64,000 nt of DNA from Raillietiella orientalis (taxonomy: Eukaryota). Below, piece after piece: positions 61,737 to 64,000 of the stretch. The notes under the pieces are model-generated. The model made no database searches. It saw only the letters and a list, made by a program, of their open reading frames with translations, and had not been told where the DNA came from. The stretch is from positions 1,674,001 to 1,738,000 of the forward strand of contig JAYWIR010000042.1 in NCBI GenBank assembly GCA_036172245.1, in the 5' to 3' direction. The position numbers and the translations under genes are program-made. Positions within the stretch are counted from its first letter, which is position 1. Each line of letters starts with the position of its first letter.

Positions 61737-61899
61737 ATCACAAGACACGTGCGATAAAACTCTTGAGCTTTCGCAAGGAAAGTCCCAAAAGAAGCCACAT
61801 CGAAATCCCCTGAGGAATCACTTGCTGCTGCTCCTCTGCTTTTGCTTCTCGTGACGGAATCGCTCTCCAAACAACGCCAGTTTACATACTGGTCACCTC

Positions 61900-62480
61900 A
61901 GTATCACTCCAGTATATGCCTGGGTTCGGGATGAGGTATTGGTTTGGTACGTAAATCCACATAACCAAACAAAACCTCGCAGTTCCCACCTTCTACACAT
62001 TAATTTGTGTTCGTTTCCTAAAATGGAAAGGATAATTTTTCCGAGGGTCCTGTCTCCACCATGTTATCTTTCGGAACCATACATCAGACTATCCGGATAT
62101 GCCCTGGCAACATTAATGGTACCGATACGAGACCCAATCGCTCCCAACATATAACCAATTGAAAAAGTTCCGGGTAATTGAAAGGGAAATGCAGGTCATC
62201 GTCACGGTCATGCCTGCAGCATGCGTACACTACTCATCCACGACTCGGGACGCAGAAAACTCGAGAGCATCTTTTTTCTGGACGCTAATTCCCTTGTCGC
62301 ATCTCCCATAAACGAAATATTGGACGTCTGGAGTTGGGCAATGGTTAAACAAGGAGCGACAAGTTTATGGAGTTGTCAAACAGAAACAGGGAGCACGAAA
62401 GAATATGTGAGGTCCTCAGCTCGTTGGAACCACTACTTCCACCATTTTGTCCACACGAGATCTACAGCGAAACTCGTCTA
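61900..62480 (+). mobile_element. Possible decayed Tc1/mariner-superfamily transposase remnant
   Basis: Weak ordered motifs WVRDE...PHN, PGNINGxRY and NSLVASPINEILDVWSWAMVK (cf. SPDLNPxExxW); no terminal inverted repeats found. Confidence 0.25.
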
Positions 62481-62738
62481 GACGCACCGCTATTACTATT
62501 GGTACCAAGTGCAATTTATAATCCATTCCTTAGCCTTTTTGCCCCAGCTTCAGGGAAGTACGACCGCAATGACGAGGCACTGTATTTTCCGCACGAACGT
62601 TTCCGATAGAGGAAAGCATCCAAAAGACAGCTATCTATCAAACCCTGGCGTGGAAACGTGCGCCCATTCTACTAGTCCTTACTGCGCTTTTGTTTTCCGC
62701 ATTGCGTTTTTTGAGCCACGGGGGGGGGGGGGGGTCAA

Positions 62739-62786
62739 CGGGTCTGCTGGCATGGCTCGGGTCTGCTGGCATGGCTCGGGTCTGCT
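62739..62786. repeat. 19-bp tandem repeat (cgggtctgctggcatggct, about 2.5 copies) next to a poly-G run
   Basis: Directly visible in the sequence. Confidence 0.9.
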
Positions 62787-64000
62787 TCAGGGAAACAACT
62801 CGTTGGGAAACAACCCGTCCTCACAAGCGTCGTTCTTCCCCTCTTCCTGGTTTCCCCAACTACTCCACTGTCTCAGGAAGACACTTAGCGATATATTTAC
62901 GGAAAGTTTTCATCACCAAGTGGGAAGGTCGAATCGACAAGATGATTAGGCAACAACACGAACTTCTTCTTACGGCTTCCAGCACTTGGGTATCTGGATG
63001 AGGGATACATTTATGGAAGGAAGAGTTCCGCTGGAGAAAGTTCGATCAGTGCAGTTTTTCAAGGCTCCCGGGATGACGATTGCCGCGCTCGTATCAGAAG
63101 ACGAATGCTCGGCCGTTCTCCTGCATCAGCAACACTCGAAGAGAGACGAAGGAGTTACAGGTTTTACATTTCGAAAACACCTTCCACGCAACTCTGGGGA
63201 AGGAGGGAGCGGAGAGATCCTTCGCAATCCATGCGCTTTTTTGAGATTGATGCCTGTTCCGTCCTTCTTTCCTCATCATCATTGTAAGAAAGAGAAAATC
63301 CTAATTTGCCTGGAACCGGAAAAGTATGCAGCGAAACATGCACCATCCAAGAAGTCTGGCAACACAGCAACCTCCACTGAGGTCCCCACTCTTGTAGAAA
63401 GGAGTTAATGTGGTTCTGCAGCCTCTTTCCACTGCAATGCTGCTTCTCCGAAATCAACCCGAAAAGCATGGGCATTCCAACTCGTTTCCAAAAGTGCGGA
63501 GATTACTAAAGATGCAAAAGACGAACACACCGACTTCGAGGGATGCTAGAAAGCAGGTGACATGATTTCTGCTGATTTGCAACTTACATGCTGGAAAAAA
63601 AAAAAAAAAAAAAAAAAAACAAAAAAAAACATTCTGCAAAAGTCACGTCCGATGCATTCTTCCCAAATATCTTGTCAGTTCAAAGTGAACGTGAAAGTAA
63701 GTAAATCAAAAGGACTGTACGAGTCAGCTCCAAAACAATCTGATTCGTCCGCAACACTACTGGTTTGCACGACGATTGATGATCCCTCTCTATTTTCATG
63801 TATCCACAAATAGCCAATTTTCGGTATTTAATCGGCAGAATCTCCTTTTTTGCCCAGCTTTAAAAGCTGTTGTTGAGAGAGACTCACTCACACGTTTCTT
63901 TCGTACACCGTCAAACGTGTTGCACACTGCACTAGAAGGAGTGCTTGCCCTTCCAGCATCGAGCATTCCACCGCCTTCTTCTGAATTCTTTCGAAAGAAG

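Noticed and set aside
1..64000. CRISPR arrays, tRNA/rRNA genes, prokaryotic operons or defence systems
   Set aside because: None seen. The DNA is eukaryotic with spliceosomal introns, and the short repeats lack repeat-spacer periodicity.

Overview
Eukaryotic (arthropod-like) genomic DNA. No rRNA, tRNA or CRISPR array was recognised. Three intron-containing genes were reconstructed by hand with GT-AG splice sites and consistent phases. (1) A complete 4-exon Rab21 gene (+, 6207-7311, 210 aa) lies in an AT-rich, CpG-depleted ~3.1-kb island bracketed by ~268-bp, ~96% identical direct repeats. (2) A 10-exon HCN/Ih channel gene (-, 45604-11486, about 784 aa; 5' end uncertain). (3) The last five exons of CASC1/DNAI7 (-, 60392-56343). 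Large introns and intergenic DNA contain many heavily decayed non-LTR retrotransposon fragments (L1/Tx1-like and RLE/R2-like), microsatellites and homopolymer runs. Most interesting observations: the repeat-bracketed Rab21 island; an ~80-bp AT-rich patch resembling the N-terminus of Wolbachia/Rickettsiales ZnuA (49730-49810), located between a pair of 41-bp inverted repeats; a conserved AATAAA-plus-stem-loop 3' terminus in three dispersed LINE-like copies; and possible in-frame splice alternatives in the HCN voltage-sensor linkers. Family assignments rest on recalled motifs; no database search was run.
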